Part shown: positions 48,459-57,975 of the stretch, piece after piece
How the letters are laid out: every line of letters starts with the position of its first letter
How positions within the stretch are numbered: the first letter of the stretch is position 1
Source of the DNA: Magnetococcales bacterium
GTDB taxonomy: Bacteria; Pseudomonadota; Magnetococcia; Magnetococcales; JADFZT01
Assembly: GCA_015232395.1 (NCBI GenBank)
Contig: JADFZT010000013.1
Location: forward strand, 1,147 to 65,146
DNA length: 64,000 nt
Reading direction: 5' to 3'
Notes under the pieces: generated by a model
Told to the model about the DNA's origin: nothing
Database searches by the model: none
What the model saw: only the letters and a program-made list of their open reading frames with translations
Translations under genes and position numbers: made by a program

Positions 48459-50189
48459 ATGAATAAACGTATTGTCGTCGATCCCGTTACCCGCATTGAG
48501 GGTCACCTGCGCATCGAAGCGCAACTGGAGGGGCAGCGCATTCAACACGCCTACTCCTCGGGCACCATGGTGCGGGGGATCGAAATTATCCTCAAAGGGC
48601 GGGATCCCCGGGATGCCTGGGCTTTTACCCAACGGATCTGTGGCGTCTGCACCCTGGTACATGCCATCGCCTCGGTGCGGGCTGTGGAAAACGCCCTGGC
48701 CATCACCATCCCCCCCAACGCCCAGCTGATCCGCAACCTGATGATCGCGGCGCAATATGTCCACGATCATGTGATGCATTTTTACCATCTCCACGCCCTG
48801 GATTGGGTGGATGTGGTCTCCGCCCTCAAGGCCGACCCCAAGGCTACCTCGGAATTGGCGCAATCGGTAGGCTCTTACCATAAATCCTCCCCAGCCTATT
48901 TTGCCGAGACCGCCAAAACCCTCAAAACCTTTGTCGAAGGGGGGCAGCTGGGCATCTTTGCCAACGGCTACTGGGGCCATCCGGGATATCGGTTGCCGCC
49001 GGAGGCCAATCTGATGGCGGTGGCCCACTATCTGGAAGCACTTGAGTGGCAGCGGGACGTGGCGCGCCTGCACGCCATTGTCGGCGGCAAAAATCCCCAT
49101 CCCAATTTTGTGGTGGGGGGGGTGCCCTGTGCCATCGGTCTGGAATCCGGGGGGCAGTCTGGAACCACGCTCGATATGGCGGGGCTGGGGGAGATCAACG
49201 CCATTATTGGTCGCTTGCGGGCCTTTGTGGATCAGGTCTATCTCCCCGATACTCTGGCCATCGCCGGGTTTTACAAAGATTGGTCCAAGCAAGGGGAGGG
49301 GGTGGGTAATTTTCTCTGTTACGGCGATTTTCCGGAAAAGGGCATGAGCGATCCCGCTTCGTTCCTCTTTCCTTCCGGGGCCATTCTCGACCGGGATCTC
49401 AGCACGGTCCATCCCATCGACCTCAACGACCCCGAGCAGATCCGCGAATTCGTTTCCCGCTCCTGGTATCGCTATCAGGAGGGCAAGGGGGCGGGGCTGC
49501 ACCCCTATGCCGGTGAGACTGCCTTTGACTATGACGGCCCCAAACCCCCCTATGAACATCTCGATGTGGATGGATCCTACTCCTGGCTCAAGGCGCCCCG
49601 CTGGCGGGGACGGCCCATGGAGGTGGGACCTCTGGCCCGGGTGCTGCTGCTCTATGCCAAGGGCCACGAACCGACTCGGGCCCTGGCGGCAAGCGCCTTA
49701 AAGCAGCTCGATCTACCCCTGGCAGGACTCTTTTCCACCCTGGGTCGCACCGCTGCCCGAACCCTGGAAACCAAGATTGTCGCCGATACCCTGCCCACCT
49801 GGTATGATCAGCTTATGGCCAATATTCGTGCCGGTGACACACGCACCTTCAACAACGAAAAATGGCAACCCGACACCTGGCCGAATCAGGCCCGGGGGGT
49901 GGGATTCATGGAAGCGCCCCGAGGTGGGCTGGCCCACTGGATTGTGATCAAGGAGGGGCGTATCGACAACTATCAGGCGGTGGTTCCCAGCACCTGGAAT
50001 GCCGGTCCCAGGGATTCGTCAGGACAGCCCGGTCCCTACGAGGCGGCTCTGGAGGGTCACCACTTGCACAACCCGGATCAGCCCCTGGAAATTTTGCGCA
50101 CCATCCACAGCTTTGATCCCTGCATCGCCTGTGCGGTACATGTGCTGGACCCGGAAGGCAAAGAGCGCATTCGGGTGCGGATACGTTAA
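48459..50189 (+). CDS. hynL: [NiFe] hydrogenase large subunit
   Basis: N-terminal RIEGH and RICGVC motifs, and C-terminal DPCIACAVH followed by a 15-aa extension that is the protease substrate. Confidence 0.95.
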   Translation: MNKRIVVDPVTRIEGHLRIEAQLEGQRIQHAYSSGTMVRGIEIILKGRDPRDAWAFTQRICGVCTLVHAIASVRAVENALAITIPPNAQLIRNLMIAAQYVHDHVMHFYHLHALDWVDVVSALKADPKATSELAQSVGSYHKSSPAYFAETAKTLKTFVEGGQLGIFANGYWGHPGYRLPPEANLMAVAHYLEALEWQRDVARLHAIVGGKNPHPNFVVGGVPCAIGLESGGQSGTTLDMAGLGEINAIIGRLRAFVDQVYLPDTLAIAGFYKDWSKQGEGVGNFLCYGDFPEKGMSDPASFLFPSGAILDRDLSTVHPIDLNDPEQIREFVSRSWYRYQEGKGAGLHPYAGETAFDYDGPKPPYEHLDVDGSYSWLKAPRWRGRPMEVGPLARVLLLYAKGHEPTRALAASALKQLDLPLAGLFSTLGRTAARTLETKIVADTLPTWYDQLMANIRAGDTRTFNNEKWQPDTWPNQARGVGFMEAPRGGLAHWIVIKEGRIDNYQAVVPSTWNAGPRDSSGQPGPYEAALEGHHLHNPDQPLEILRTIHSFDPCIACAVHVLDPEGKERIRVRIR

Positions 50190-50210
50190 GCCAAAAGGGG
50201 GTGAGAGATC

Positions 50211-50888
50211 ATGAATGAACTTTCCTTGCCGATGGTCTGTTTCATGGCGTTGGGGTTTGGGCTGCTCCACGCTTTGGATGGGGATCATCTGATCGCGGTG
50301 ACCGGCCTTTCCAGCGGCTCTTCGGCTCCGGGCCAGAGGGTCGGCTATTGCACACGCTGGGCGTTGGGGCATGGTTTGACCTTATCCCTGGTGGGGATTC
50401 CGGTGTTGTTCATGGGGGCGGCCATTCCCGTGACGCTCTCCGACATGGCGGAGCGTCTGGTGGGTGTTCTGTTAGTGGTGATTGGCCTGCGCCTGGGATG
50501 GGTCTTGTTTTTGGGGCATTTCGATGGCGCAAGTCACCAGGGGATTGGCAAAAGGCCTTCTCCTCTCCCTGCTGGTCAGGGGGATGGCCCGGGGGGCAGC
50601 AACCATGCCCACCACAGCTATTGGCCGGTGGGAGTCGGTATGGCGCACGGTTTGGGGGGATCGGCCCCGCTGTTGAGCCTGCTCCCCCTGTTTGATCTGA
50701 CACCGTGGCACGGTCTGCTCTACCTGGTGTTGTTCAGTTGCGGTGCATTGATAGCCATGTTGGCGTTTGGTGGCCTGCTCAAAGCCGTCTTCATCTCTTT
50801 TTCGGCTATGGGGCAGGGGCTGGTCTTCAACGTTAGGCTTGGGGTGGTGGGACTGGCCTTGGGCTATGGGGTGTTTTTGATGGTTTGA
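50211..50888 (+). CDS. NicO/UreH-like nickel (cobalt) permease
   Basis: Signature LLHALDGDHLIAV in TM1. His-rich loop (GHFDGASHQG...GGSNHAHHSYW). Six predicted TM helices. Position at the end of the hydrogenase operon. Confidence 0.65.
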   Translation: MNELSLPMVCFMALGFGLLHALDGDHLIAVTGLSSGSSAPGQRVGYCTRWALGHGLTLSLVGIPVLFMGAAIPVTLSDMAERLVGVLLVVIGLRLGWVLFLGHFDGASHQGIGKRPSPLPAGQGDGPGGSNHAHHSYWPVGVGMAHGLGGSAPLLSLLPLFDLTPWHGLLYLVLFSCGALIAMLAFGGLLKAVFISFSAMGQGLVFNVRLGVVGLALGYGVFLMV

Positions 50889-50989
50889 TCTGATTTTTTA
50901 TGCCCAAGCTTCAAGACACCGCCTTCAGGCAGTCAGCTTTCAGAGCCTGCAGGTGGTGAATCTGTAATTTCCGAATAAAAACAGTAGTG

Positions 50990-51266
50990 ATTTGGCGTTC
51001 TTGTAACCGGTCCCACTTTGTCCTATCCTGGCTTCCATGAAGGGTATTCTGATCCTCATGGACCATTTCATAGTCAAGAAATGATCCAGGACCTGGCACC
51101 TGGAAAACAGATTGCCGGGGCTTTTTCAGCTACCTGAGATGGTATGAGTTGGCGTTCGCCAGGGATATGGCGAGGTCTCTGAATCATTACTGATAGAGTG
51201 ACTTGGTCGTGTCCATGATGGAAATCTACCATGGGGACGGGCTGAGCCAACATGACAGTACCCTTT
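50990..51266 (-). pseudogene. IS6 5' remnant (left inverted repeat plus a degraded transposase N-terminus)
   Basis: The reverse strand reads GTACTGTCATGTTGGCTCAGCCCG...ATGGACACGACC (MDTTKSLYQ**...), compared with GCACTGTCAAGTTGGCCCCCAGCCCG...ATGGACACGACG in the intact copy. TCCCTGGCGAA is conserved. Multiple stops. Confidence 0.7.
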
Positions 51267-51392
51267 CCAGTACAAAGTGAGGCATGCAAAAAGCCCTGAC
51301 ATGTCATGGCAGGTGAGGTTTTCAGGCGTCACATCTTGAAAATAATCTGCTGGAGATTTTGATCAACTTGACGGTGTGGTGACAAAATATTC

Positions 51393-54224
51393 ATGGATGA
51401 TCTGGTTAATATATTAATTGTTGATGATTCCCAAGACGATGCTGAACTGCTCGCGTTGGATATTGCCAGTAATGGTCTCAACATTCATTGGATACGCGTT
51501 GACAGTGAAATAGATTTGACCACTGCTTTGGCAGAGCAGGAATGGCATGTTGTGATATGCGATGTTCATATGCCTGCTCTGACCCCGGAACAAGCTCTTG
51601 GTATTGCACATAAAAATGGAAATGACATTCCAGTCATTATTGTTTCTGGGGTAGTGCAAGAGTCCGAAGCTATTAAACTATTCATGTTTGGAGCCAAAGA
51701 TTTTTTTTCAAAGGATAATCTTGTTCGATTGCCGATGGCTATTCGGCGTGAAATGATTGAACATAAATCCCGTAAAGCCAGGCTTTTGGCAGAGCGACGT
51801 CTACAATTGAGAGAATCTCACCTGCGAGCTATTCTCGATAATTCTCTGGATGCCATTATCACAATCGATCAAGAAGGTCTTGTCACAGAATTCAACCCCA
51901 CAGCTGAGCTGATTTTTGGGTATTCCAAAGAAAAAGTGATGGGTCGGAATGTGGCTGATATCATCATTCCATCTGAATCACGTTCAGCGCATTCAAAGGC
52001 TTTTTTCTCGCATTTAAGTCAGATGAAGAACAAAGAGGTGATCAAGCGTCGGATGGAGGTTGTCGGGGAGTGTGCCGATGGAAAAAAAGTTGATCTTGAA
52101 GTCGTCTTGGTTTCTACAAATAAAGATGGAAAAATCAACTGCACTGCTTTTCTTCATGACATAAGCGACCGCAAGCAATTGATCAAATCTTTGCAGGAGA
52201 CCTTGGAGGTTGCAGAGTCCGCAAACAGGGCCAAAAGTGAATTTTTAGCCAATATCAGCCATGAAATCCGCACCCCCATGAATACCATCATTGGTATGAC
52301 TGATTTGGTGTTGAACACCTCGCTCTCCCAGGAAGAACAACGGGGTAACCTTGAAATTGTCCTGAAATCGGCGGACACCCTTTTGGAGTTGATTAACAGT
52401 ATTCTGGATCTCTCCAAGATTGAATCCGGCAAGCTTCTCTTGGAGGAAATATCCTTTGATCTCAGTGGTCAAATCGGCAATGTCTGCGAAACCCTGGCCA
52501 TCAAAGCCCATGAGAAAAATCTGGAGCTTTATTTTCAGGTGGACGACAACATTGCGGAGACTCTGGTTGGGGATCCTCTGCGGCTAAAACAGGTGATCGC
52601 AAACCTTGCAAATAATGCCATCAAATTTACCAAAACCGGTGAGATCGTGGTTCGGGTGGAGCGAGAGACAACGTCTGGCTCAGTCACAGATGAGATGGCT
52701 GGCAGTCAGGATATCAAGCTCCATTTTTCCGTTTCCGATACTGGCATTGGCATTCCCAAGGATAAGATTTCCCGGGTTTTTGAAAGCTTCGTCCAGGCAG
52801 ATGGTTCTACCACTCGGGAGTTTGGGGGAACTGGTCTGGGACTGGCTATTTCCAAACATCTGGTCAAGATGATGGGTGGGGAGTTGTGGGCTGAAAGCGA
52901 GGTCGGCAAAGGCAGTGTATTCCATTTCACCGCCTGTTTTGCGATAGGCCATCGGGGAGGTGCCCACTATTCCCGGCGATCCATCCCCCCTGCCATGGGT
53001 AAAATGGTGGTGGATACGGTGCTTTCCGGGATGCGCGTACTCATTGCAGATTGCAATGAAACGAGCCGGACCATTTTACGAGGCATGTTGGTCGGATTCG
53101 GCGCCATATCCCGGGAGGTGGCAACAGGCTGTGCGCTGGTTGAAGCGCTGCAAGAAGCAGAAGAAAGTCATTCAACCTGGGATCTGATCCTCCTGGATTT
53201 TCGTCTCTTGGAAGAAGATCCCCCAGACCCGGTCGTCATGGATGGTTTTCTGGATTATCGAGGTAAGGTTTTGGTGATGTTGCCCACGAACATCGGCATT
53301 GAGTCCTATTCCGAGATCGGTTGGTTGCACAGAACCCCCTATTTGAAAAAACCGGTACGCAAATTCAAGCTGTTGAAAGCTGTAAACCGCATGATGGCTA
53401 TGGAGGCAACAGAGGAGAAGAGTGAGTCGGAAATTTTCATCCAGGCCAAGCGTACCACCAAACCTCTAAAAATCCTCCTGGTGGAGGATGAAATCAACAA
53501 TCAAAAATTGGCAACGGCCATTCTCGAACATGTAGGCCATGATGTCACCATCGCTAATCATGGTAGAGAGGCATTGCGCTCTATGGAAAAATTTTCCTAT
53601 GACTTGGTCTTGATGGATCTTCAAATGCCAATCATGGATGGTTTGGAAACCACGCATCATATTCGTGCAGCCTCTTCTTTTCATGTCAAAGATCCCAAGG
53701 TGCCCATCCTTGTCCTTTCTGCAAGGACCCTGTCCGAAGAGGAGCAGCAATATATCCAAACCAGTATGAATGGCTATTTGCGGAAACCTTATCGGGCTCA
53801 GGAATTGTTGAGTGCTGTTGAACCCTTTGCCAGAAAGGATAAAATTGTAAAGAAGCCAGAAAAACCAAAACAAAGCGTCATCATTTTAAAGCCGACAGAG
53901 GTGGATCCGGTTGTTTACAAAGAAAGAAGGTGTGCCTTTTTGGACCACTCGCAATCTCATGTAGTCAACGTGAAAAAGGCTCTGGATAAGCGTAACCAGC
54001 GTCTGGCTCTGAGATCAATCATGTGGCTTGAGAGCGCCGCCATTGAAGTTGGCGCTATTCGGGTGGAAGTGGAAGCGATACGCTTCCGGGGTAAGTTGGA
54101 GGTGGAAGATTGGGAGGCGTGCTGCAACATTTTTCACAGGCTTGAACTGAATGTACTTCAGATTGTCGAGGTTCTCACGCAAAATGAAACACAACCCTTG
54201 AAGCCTATAACCCATCAACCATGA
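51393..54224 (+). CDS. Hybrid two-component protein (REC-PAS-HisKA-HATPase-pseudoREC-REC-Hpt-like)
   Basis: N-terminal receiver (ILIVDDSQDD...CDVHMPAL), PAS, H-box [15 protein letters not shown], HATPase boxes ([29 protein letters not shown]), and receiver ILLVEDEINN...DLQMPIMDG. AT-richer than the flanking DNA. Confidence 0.9.
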   Translation: MDDLVNILIVDDSQDDAELLALDIASNGLNIHWIRVDSEIDLTTALAEQEWHVVICDVHMPALTPEQALGIAHKNGNDIPVIIVSGVVQESEAIKLFMFGAKDFFSKDNLVRLPMAIRREMIEHKSRKARLLAERRLQLRESHLRAILDNSLDAIITIDQEGLVTEFNPTAELIFGYSKEKVMGRNVADIIIPSESRSAHSKAFFSHLSQMKNKEVIKRRMEVVGECADGKKVDLEVVLVSTNKDGKINCTAFLHDISDRKQLIKSLQETLEVAESANRAKSEFLANISHEIRTPMNTIIGMTDLVLNTSLSQEEQRGNLEIVLKSADTLLELINSILDLSKIESGKLLLEEISFDLSGQIGNVCETLAIKAHEKNLELYFQVDDNIAETLVGDPLRLKQVIANLANNAIKFTKTGEIVVRVERETTSGSVTDEMAGSQDIKLHFSVSDTGIGIPKDKISRVFESFVQADGSTTREFGGTGLGLAISKHLVKMMGGELWAESEVGKGSVFHFTACFAIGHRGGAHYSRRSIPPAMGKMVVDTVLSGMRVLIADCNETSRTILRGMLVGFGAISREVATGCALVEALQEAEESHSTWDLILLDFRLLEEDPPDPVVMDGFLDYRGKVLVMLPTNIGIESYSEIGWLHRTPYLKKPVRKFKLLKAVNRMMAMEATEEKSESEIFIQAKRTTKPLKILLVEDEINNQKLATAILEHVGHDVTIANHGREALRSMEKFSYDLVLMDLQMPIMDGLETTHHIRAASSFHVKDPKVPILVLSARTLSEEEQQYIQTSMNGYLRKPYRAQELLSAVEPFARKDKIVKKPEKPKQSVIILKPTEVDPVVYKERRCAFLDHSQSHVVNVKKALDKRNQRLALRSIMWLESAAIEVGAIRVEVEAIRFRGKLEVEDWEACCNIFHRLELNVLQIVEVLTQNETQPLKPITHQP

Positions 54225-55329
54225 AAAACAGGCACACCTGTCCAAAGCAGGTTCTCAAAGATGCTCCCTCCCGTTGAAACGGGTGATCCTTTCTGAAATA
54301 TGGTTTTTATTGAAATGTCAGGATTTTGTTTGTTTCATCCTCATTGTGGTCAGATTGTTTTTTTCTCTCCCGTTATTCTGGAATGTCAGTCCTACAGATG
54401 ATATGGCAGTCTGAGCCGCTGTAGAGTTCCGGTGACGTGATTTTTTTGACTCTTTGTGGGACCGATAAACATATAAAAAAATATAATCGCATTGAAAAAG
54501 TTGCTGTTTTTGTTGAAGGCATGAATTTTGCATTACCATGTCCGATAACAAGCGAATATAGGACAGCAAACAAAATGGGAGAAGATGATCATGAAGAGAT
54601 TCTTTATTGAAATCGTAGAGAACGGCTACGGCATTTTTGACGCCACCAATCAATCTTTTGTGTTTGATGGGATTTTGGACTGGTGTGTTGCCTGTGAGCT
54701 TCACGAAATGTTGTCAGGGGAAGTGACAGCCTCACGATGTTTATAAATAATTTTCCAATCATACTCTATCAAATGGGTTGGGAAGCAACGCAAAATCCCA
54801 ATGGTACCGTCGCCAACAAATTGTCTGTGGTGGCTGTGGTTATATCGTTGATAGGGATTAACGTGCTTGCTATAGCCCTTCCCCTCATAACGTTCTTGTG
54901 AGAACAAGGAGAGGCCTTCTGAAATCACATGCCTACCCTCGAAAATCGGTGGTGGGCATCGATATTTACCTGGGAATCGATGAACTACGTTGCAGAAAAA
55001 ATGTCTAATAATTTAACGAAGGGACAAGCAGGCGGCGCTATGGCATTCCTCCCAAACCAGGATCCTGGTGCAGCTCTCCCCCGTGACTGCCCAGGAAAAT
55101 GATAGACGCATAGCCGCTTGTCCCTTCCCAAATTTCCCCTCCTGAAAGCTCTTTTCTCGAACGCGAGAGCATCCAGAAAAAATTCCCAGGTGTAACCCCC
55201 CCCCGTGATGCCCCAGCCTGATCATCCTAAATCGTCGATCGCGCAGAAGCCGATTTTCAGCCAGCCTGCTGTTTTTCTCTCCACGTTTTGAAGTTCTGTT
55301 CCTTCGTCCACTCTCCATGCCTTTGATGC

Positions 55330-55740
55330 AATCAAGCAGCAAAGAGAGGTAACTGAAAGGAAAGGCGGGCTGATGTCTGCTTGGCAAGTGCCAGAATCCA
55401 GGCAAAAAGAAGCCGGAGCTTCCTCAGGACGGCGCGCAGATTGTAGCCGATCCCGGCCAGTAACGTATTGGCCTTGTCGCCGAACACACCTTGTGGAAAG
55501 TTCCGATTCAACCGGCCTTCGACCTTTTGGTGTCCGATGACCGCTTCCATGGTGCTTTGTCGACGAAGTTTCTTCTTGAGTGTTGGCGTTACACCACGGC
55601 GCTAACCGGAAATAAAAACCTGGGAATCGGTGACGCCGCGCCCTTTGTATCCACGGTCCACGTAACACCGTTTCGGTTTTTTTCCGACCAGCCGCTCAAT
55701 CTGACTCAGCGCGCCGGAAAGTGTGTGAGTTTGGAGGATA
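55330..55740 (-). pseudogene. IS5-family transposase C-terminal remnant (frameshifted)
   Basis: Peptides LSQIERLVGKKPKRCYVDRGYKGRG and MEAVIGHQKVEGRLNRNFPQGVFGDKANTLLAGIGYNLRAVLRKL match the IS5 DDE C-terminal region, but lie in two frames with no N-terminal half. Confidence 0.65.
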
Positions 55741-55850
55741 AAAAGCAGGGGGCTTTTTATCCTCTGAAATGGTGGACGGATGTTTATAAAAATGAAATAA
55801 AAACAACGAATTCTGAGTTTTAAGCAGGACAGGGGATCATGTTTGCCGAT
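55741..55850. repeat. Copy 1 of a ~110-bp diverged direct repeat (partner at 61186-61295)
   Basis: AAAAGCAGGGGGCTTTTTATCCTCTGAAATGGTGGACGGATGTTTATAAAAATGAAATAAAAACAACGAATTCTGAGTT aligns with AAAAGCAGGGGGTTTTTCATTCTCTGAAATAGTAGACGAGTATTGGTGAAAAGAAAATATAAAACAACGAACACGGAGTT. By eye ~75-80% identity. Confidence 0.7.
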
Positions 55851-56163
55851 ATGCAAAACGCGTAACGCCATATCCGGATACGACCTCGTTGGAAAAAAAA
55901 CAGCCATCGACAGCCATCCCTCTTTTCCTCACAGGCTCAAAAAGCGAAAAACCTTTTTTTCCACATCTGATGTCCATCTATTTCCGCTGGTACCAAGAGG
56001 CCATCGTCATCCTGGTCCAGCATGTGGGAGGCGAATTTTTTTGTTTCCGAATAAAATCAAAGGGAACAGGCCAATCCTGTAACCGGCCCCATTTTGCCCT
56101 GTCTTGATAGCCGCTTTGAACCCCTATTGGCACGCCGTCAAATCGGACCGTCAGATATGCAGG

Positions 56164-57798
56164 CTAAACCGCTTTATTGGCTATTTGGAAAAGGTGGTGT
56201 TCCAGATCCTGACCGATGTTGTTCAGCGTCATAATATCCGTTTCACAGCGGGAGATGATCCGCATGAGAGCATGCTCCTGCTCATCGCTGAGGCCGATAC
56301 CCAGGTGGTTGAAGGACTCCTCGATTTCCCACACCATTTTGGAAAAACGCTCGACACTGAGATCCCGGACGGTCGTCTGTTTGTTGCGGACGTCGACCAC
56401 GGCCTTCTCCAGGGAGTCGAGAAGGGAGGAGAGGCTCTTCTCCCGCTGGGCGAGTTGCAGAGTGGTTTGAAGTGCTGCGGAACGGGCATTGGCGCTGACG
56501 ATCAAGGTGGCGAGAATATCTTTCAGGCGGCCAAAGCTTTCCTCATCCTGTTCCACCAGATCGTGGACAAGAATCAAAACCCGCTCAGAGGTGAAAAGGG
56601 TGCTTTTACCCACGATCATGATCCGGTCATGGGCGTCGATTTCCTCCAACACAGCCTGTTCCCCCGGACGTAACGGTGACTCACGGGTATGGATCGCAAC
56701 AGCCCTGTCTTGGATCAGACCCACCACCCCCTCCAGGCCCAACCCCTCCAGAGTAATGAATATCTCATTCGCCAGAGCGGCGTCATCCGGGCAAAGATAG
56801 CTGTCCTGGAGGAAACGCAGCACCTCCCCCAACTCCCCTGAGGTGGTCATGGCGCTGAGGGCCACCTGTTGGGCCATCTGGACCTCATCCTGCAGGCGTT
56901 GTTGGGCCTGCTGGCTCTCTTTGGTCTGGTTTTGCAGAAGCAAGGCAAGTGTTTTTTCCCGTTCGGCGAGTTTCAAACGGGTTTGCAGCGCCGCGACCCG
57001 GGCATCCACGCTTTCGACCATCATGGCGAGAATATCCTTGAGGCGGCCGAAGGTTTCTTGATCCTCCACGGGCATGTCCTGGACCAGGATCAGTGTCCGT
57101 TCGGCGGTAAAAAGGGTGCTCTTGCCAACAGTCATGATGCGTCTGTTGGCGTAGATGTTTTTCAGAATCATCATCTCCAGCGAGGGGAGAAAGGAGGTGG
57201 TGTGTCTTGAGGTTTCCGGATTTTCCCCGGCCAGGCGGATCAGACCCTTTAATCCCAATTGATTCAGGGTGTTGACCACCAGCTCTGCCAGGCTGTGATG
57301 ATCGTTGCAGGCATAACTGTCCTGGAGGAACCGGAGCACCTCACCCATCTCTCCCGAGGTGGTCATGGCGCTCATGGCAACTTCGTTGGCCTGAAGTGCG
57401 TCATGTTTCAGCTGATCATAGAGGCTTTTGTTTTTCAGAGTGAGTTGTATCTTGGCGTGGAGCTCCTCGGAATGGATCGGCTTGGTCAGATAGCCTTCCC
57501 CTCCGGCGTGATAGCAGGCGACACGTTCTTCCAGGGAGGCCTGAGGGGAGAGAAAAATAACAGGAATGCGGGGGAGGTTTTCATCGGCGCTCAGTTGTTG
57601 AAAAAGCGCCAACCCCTCCATGTCGGGAAGATGGACTGCCAGCAGGATCAGGTCGGGTGGGGTTTGGGAGACCCTTTCGAGGCATTCACGTCCGTCTGCC
57701 ATACAGTGGATCGTATAGGTTTCCCGTAACTCCTTTTGAAGGAATTCCTGGCATTTTACATCCCCATCCACGGCGTAGATCAGAGTCCGGTCATCCAT
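56164..57798 (-). CDS. Response regulator: N-terminal REC, two tandem copies of an unassigned ~172-aa module, and a ~75-aa tail
   Basis: REC (LILLAVHLPDMEGL, VIFLSPQ, LTKP). Internal duplication is seen at protein level (AMSAMTTSGEMGEVLRFLQDSY / ALSAMTTSGELGEVLRFLQDSY; FGRLKDILA twice) and at DNA level with a 516-bp offset. Confidence 0.8.
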   Translation of the reverse strand: MDDRTLIYAVDGDVKCQEFLQKELRETYTIHCMADGRECLERVSQTPPDLILLAVHLPDMEGLALFQQLSADENLPRIPVIFLSPQASLEERVACYHAGGEGYLTKPIHSEELHAKIQLTLKNKSLYDQLKHDALQANEVAMSAMTTSGEMGEVLRFLQDSYACNDHHSLAELVVNTLNQLGLKGLIRLAGENPETSRHTTSFLPSLEMMILKNIYANRRIMTVGKSTLFTAERTLILVQDMPVEDQETFGRLKDILAMMVESVDARVAALQTRLKLAEREKTLALLLQNQTKESQQAQQRLQDEVQMAQQVALSAMTTSGELGEVLRFLQDSYLCPDDAALANEIFITLEGLGLEGVVGLIQDRAVAIHTRESPLRPGEQAVLEEIDAHDRIMIVGKSTLFTSERVLILVHDLVEQDEESFGRLKDILATLIVSANARSAALQTTLQLAQREKSLSSLLDSLEKAVVDVRNKQTTVRDLSVERFSKMVWEIEESFNHLGIGLSDEQEHALMRIISRCETDIMTLNNIGQDLEHHLFQIANKAV

Positions 57799-57811
57799 GA
57801 TTCACCACCTG

Positions 57812-57825
57812 TTTCGAATTCGAAA
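57812..57825. promoter_or_regulatory. Perfect 14-bp palindrome TTTCGAATTCGAAA in the leader of the response-regulator gene
   Basis: Read directly. It lies 14-27 nt upstream of the start codon at 57798, next to the AGGTGG RBS. Function unknown. Confidence 0.3.
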
Positions 57826-57975
57826 AAAACCAACCATAGACTGAGCCTGCCGGGATGAGTGCCGGGCAATTTTGTGGGAGGAGCAGATTGACAACGCGCC
57901 TGTTTGATCCAATATTTTCTGGCGCATGATGTTCTTCAGGAAAAAAGTCTAAAACAAAACTGCCAGCTTCGCTAC

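Noticed and set aside
47040-49667. 875-aa ORF on the minus strand spanning isp2 and the hydrogenase large-subunit gene
   Set aside because: It is exactly antisense to two genes with unambiguous family motifs. The translated sequence is Gly/Pro/Arg/His-rich and low-complexity, as expected from reading a GC-rich gene backwards. No recognisable motifs.
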